Origin: an uncultured archaeon
Lineage (GTDB): Archaea > Asgardarchaeota > Heimdallarchaeia > Heimdallarchaeales > Heimdallarchaeaceae
DNA: 39,107 nt
Direction of reading: 5' to 3'
NCBI GenBank assembly: GCA_964549075.1
Contig: CAZJUB010000019.1
Location: 1-39,107, forward strand
Shown: piece by piece, positions 36,277 to 39,107 of the stretch
Numbering within the stretch: position 1 is the first letter of the stretch
Layout of the letters: every line of letters starts with the position of its first letter
Translations under genes and position numbers: made by a program
Notes under the pieces: generated by a model
What the model saw: only the letters and a program-made list of their open reading frames with translations
Database searches by the model: none
What the model was told of the DNA's origin: nothing

Positions 36277-38034
36277 CTAGTCAAGTTCTACGCTTACTAT
36301 CTTGAATTCATCTACATCTATCAGACCATGGTCTGTTATTTTCAGATGTGGAATAACAGGTAAAGCTATGAAGGCTAAAGCCATAAAAGGTTCTGAGACT
36401 TTTGGCTTCATTTGAAATACTACTTTATGTAATTCTTTCATGTCTTTTATGACAGTATCTAATGATTTAGTACTCATGATTCCAGCAAACTCGAGCTGTA
36501 AAGATACTATTCGATCTTCTGTTATGACAACTTGACCTCCTCTCAGTTCTTTAATAGCTTCAATAGCTTTAAGCATTAATTCATAACTTGAACCTGTACA
36601 TATCAACTGATGACAATCATGCGCAACAGTACTAGCTAATGCACAATTCTTTAAACCTAAACCTTGAACAAAACCTTTCCCTATTTTAATTTCGTCTGTA
36701 TGCCTATTTATTATTACAATTGGGAGTATATCTTGTTCAGGATTTGGCTGAATATAACCATCATTTACTTTCAGAGTGGTTTCTAATTTTGTTGTTATTA
36801 GAGAATGATTCTTAACACCAATTACTTTAACATTAACCTCTTGTTTTTTTTGAGTAGGGATTTTTAATTTCTCAATAGTTGGAACTTGGAGAAATTTTGT
36901 GGTATTAAGAATAGAATCAGGATATTTTTCTGATTCATAGCTCCAAAAAAGATCACCTTGATTGTAAATAAGTTTTCCATTTGAAAGTACAATTTCAACT
37001 TTAAAACTCTCAAGCGAATCTACTACGATTAGATCAGCATTTTTTCCAGGAGCAATACCTCCAATGATGTCTTGCAATCCTAAATGAATGGCAGTATTAA
37101 GGGTGAGCATTTGGATTGCTTCTAATGGTTCAATACCTGATTTCAACATGAGTCTATAAGTATAATCTAAATGCCCTTCCTCCTTTAAATCTACTGGATT
37201 TCTATCATCACTTGCTATAATGATATTTCTAGTATCAATTTCGTTGAGATTGAGACCAGAAAAGATATTTTCAAGGTCTTTAGCATAGGATCCTTGTCGA
37301 ACTTGTAATTTCATCCCTAATCTTAATTTTTCTAAAGCTTCTTCTCCAGAGGTTGCTTCATGATCTGAGGATATACCCGCTGCAATATAAGCTTGCAGTT
37401 CTTTTCCTCTCAGTAAAGGTGCATGTCCTTCTATTATCTTACCGTATTTTTTTGCGGAATCTAGTTTAGCTAATACGTCATCAAAACCCAAGAAAACACC
37501 TGGATAATTCATCATTTCTGCTAATGCGAAAATATCGTCACGTTTCATCAGCTCTTCTATAGCAGCTGAATCCAGTATGGCACCAGAAGTTTCAAATCCT
37601 GGTAAGGAAGGAACACAGGACGGAGCTTCAATTAAGAATCTGATTGGGAGTCTCTTACTCTCTTCAATTAAAATATTTAAACCTTGAAGACCTGAAACAT
37701 TAGCTAATTCATGCGGATCTATTACTAAAGTAGTAGTACCATGTGGTATAACAGCTTTCGAAAATTCAGGTAGAGTTAGCATAGATGATTCAATATGAAT
37801 ATGAGATTCTATTAGTCCAGGACAAACAATTTTATCTGCAACATGAATGATATGAGTATTTTCTCCTTCAAATTCAGAAGTTTCTTTTCCAATATGTACA
37901 ATTTTATTCTTTGTAATAACAATGTCACTTCTTATCAGTTCCCTGGTATATACATTGACATATTGTCCCCCTCTAAAAATTATATCTGCTTTAATTTTAG
38001 CCATAGCACTATCAATAATATTTTTTGTATCCAT
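36277..38034 (-). CDS. ade: Adenine deaminase
   Basis: PGLIESHIHIESSM, DPHELANV, LAEMMNYPGV, EGHAP, SDHE, ASTVAHD and LPVIPHLKIT. Confidence 0.95.
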   Translation of the reverse strand: MDTKNIIDSAMAKIKADIIFRGGQYVNVYTRELIRSDIVITKNKIVHIGKETSEFEGENTHIIHVADKIVCPGLIESHIHIESSMLTLPEFSKAVIPHGTTTLVIDPHELANVSGLQGLNILIEESKRLPIRFLIEAPSCVPSLPGFETSGAILDSAAIEELMKRDDIFALAEMMNYPGVFLGFDDVLAKLDSAKKYGKIIEGHAPLLRGKELQAYIAAGISSDHEATSGEEALEKLRLGMKLQVRQGSYAKDLENIFSGLNLNEIDTRNIIIASDDRNPVDLKEEGHLDYTYRLMLKSGIEPLEAIQMLTLNTAIHLGLQDIIGGIAPGKNADLIVVDSLESFKVEIVLSNGKLIYNQGDLFWSYESEKYPDSILNTTKFLQVPTIEKLKIPTQKKQEVNVKVIGVKNHSLITTKLETTLKVNDGYIQPNPEQDILPIVIINRHTDEIKIGKGFVQGLGLKNCALASTVAHDCHQLICTGSSYELMLKAIEAIKELRGGQVVITEDRIVSLQLEFAGIMSTKSLDTVIKDMKELHKVVFQMKPKVSEPFMALAFIALPVIPHLKITDHGLIDVDEFKIVSVELD

Positions 38035-38061
38035 TGTAGTTTCAGTTAGGATTTTAGGTAA

Positions 38062-38160
38062 TTAAAAGTTTTGAGAACCACTTGTTTCGCAACAAGGTGA
38101 GACAACAACCTTTGTTGGCTTGTTCCCTTTTTTCATTTTTTTCTGTTTAATTACTTTCAT
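38062..38160 (-). CDS. Unannotated 32-aa peptide MKVIKQKKMKKGNKPTKVVVSPCCETSGSQNF
   Basis: ATG at 38160 to TAA at 38062; SD-like AGGAAGGT 5 nt upstream; TATA-like TTTATAAT at 38204-38211. Confidence 0.6.
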   Translation of the reverse strand: MKVIKQKKMKKGNKPTKVVVSPCCETSGSQNF

Positions 38161-38275
38161 AAACAACCTTCCTATACTAATCAACAAACTATGAATTCAA
38201 GATATTATAAATTTGTGCAACATTCTACGAAATTAGAATTAATTTGATTTGAAAGAAGATGATTTTTTAAGTTAT

Positions 38276-38869
38276 TTATAAACAGGAAATCAAACCCAAA
38301 AAAATACCATAATCTGCGTTTCTTTCATATTCTGCTTGATCTTTATCTTTCTTTAAATACTCAAGAGTTCTTATTAAATTGTCCAAAATATCTGTAGCTT
38401 CATTCAAATCTTGATTGTTAATAAACAATAACTTAGCAAAAGGGAGTAGTATTTTATCCATTTTCTCCATTATCTCTTGATTAGACATATTTCTTATTTC
38501 TATAATTTGCCTTCCCACTGCAAAAGCAGTAAGATAGAGTTGAAAAAGAATTGAATCTCGAATTTTCTCTGGGGAATTAGCAAATCCACTTCTTAAATTT
38601 GCTTCATCATTACTATAGAAGATTTTGTTGATAGTGTAAATTCTTTCAAACAAATTTGTGCCAGGAACTTCATGTTTTTTAGAAATTATAAGATTTTGTT
38701 TTTCTAAATGTTTAAGATGGTAATAGATATTTGTTCCCTTCAAGTTTATTTTCTTAGTGAGTTGTTTAGCATTAATACCTTCATTTCTCATAATCTCAAA
38801 CCAGATATTAATTTTTATAGGATCACTTACCAGATCAAGTATATCTATTTAAAATCTAGATTCACTCAT
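38276..38869 (-). pseudogene. ArsR/HTH_20-like winged-helix regulator with an in-frame TAA at codon 7 (pseudogene, sequence error or non-ATG start)
   Basis: The frame reads MSESRF*IDILDLVSDPIKINIWFEIMRNEGINAKQL...NIYYHLKHLEKQNLI. The DP-x-K/R-x-x-I helix lies upstream of the ORF-track start at 38791. Confidence 0.6.
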
Positions 38870-38959
38870 AGTATTCAATTTAATTTTAAATTTAAATAAT
38901 ATAAATCTTCTGAAAATTCAAAGTAAGAGGTAAATTGAAAAAAAGAAAAAAAGAGAGAA

Positions 38960-39106
38960 TTAGGAAGGGGGATAATATTCAAAGAAGATATAATCCATGT
39001 AAACAGTTCTAATCAAAGATAAATCGTCAGGATCCTTAAAACCCCAAGCAATTGTTAATCCAGAATAACTATCAAAATCATCTTTATCTAAGGTTATATC
39101 AGAACG
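38960..39106 (-). CDS. 3' end of a hypothetical protein (truncated by the window edge)
   Basis: Open frame RSDITLDKDDFDSYSGLTIAWGFKDPDDLSLIRTVYMDYIFFEYYPPS* followed by a T-rich terminator-like tract. Confidence 0.65.
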   Translation of the reverse strand, partial: RSDITLDKDDFDSYSGLTIAWGFKDPDDLSLIRTVYMDYIFFEYYPPS

Positions 39107-39107
39107 A

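Noticed and set aside
38035-38275. Canonical purine riboswitch upstream of ade
   Set aside because: The conserved junction and kissing-loop nucleotides are absent. Kept only as a generic structure candidate.
3926-38899. Short overlapping ORFs in the track (3926-4132, 4446-4772, 6580-6843, 7560-7769, 8034-8222, 10127-10333, 10245-10427, 11313-11606, 12215-12421, 14072-14428, 17744-17944, 19273-19467, 20761-20988, 20907-21107, 21573-22019, 23116-23442, 28608-28790, 29229-29417, 35939-36151, 37843-38049, 38708-38899)
   Set aside because: Antisense or off-frame shadows of well-supported genes, with no recognisable motifs.
1-39107. CRISPR array, rRNA, selenocysteine or pyrrolysine recoding
   Set aside because: No regularly spaced repeats or long GC-rich RNA gene were seen, and no gene appears split by an in-frame TGA or TAG.

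Overview
Low-GC (about 30% by eye), gene-dense archaeal chromosomal window. It most likely comes from an Asgard archaeon, probably Heimdallarchaeia-like. This is inferred from Orc1/Cdc6, AMP phosphorylase, an intron-containing tRNA, TATA-type promoters, a TPR-longin protein and a membrane RING protein. There are about 35 CDS, mostly catabolic or housekeeping (GH20 hexosaminidase, M20 peptidase, nitrilase, HAD, MFS, ABC-2 exporter, type-2 asparaginase, creatininase family, AlaX, adenine deaminase), plus an orphan DNA methyltransferase and tRNA-Pro(GGG) with a 31-nt intron. The best candidate for an undescribed system is a five-gene divergon at 24535-30603. A wHTH + MinD/ParA ATPase + two-TM protein operon points away from a vWA surface protein + single-pass membrane RING (E3-like) protein operon. 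Their 100-bp intergenic region holds a perfect 20-bp palindrome and a 19/22 direct repeat spaced 63 bp apart. Other highlights: an N-myristoyltransferase-like tandem GNAT, a SIRT6/7-like sirtuin, an unannotated 32-aa Cys-Cys peptide ORF, an HTH gene broken by an early TAA, and a tRNA intron largely complementary to its own 5' exon. No CRISPR array, rRNA, transposase or integrase was seen. All homology calls were made by eye from remembered motifs, not by search.
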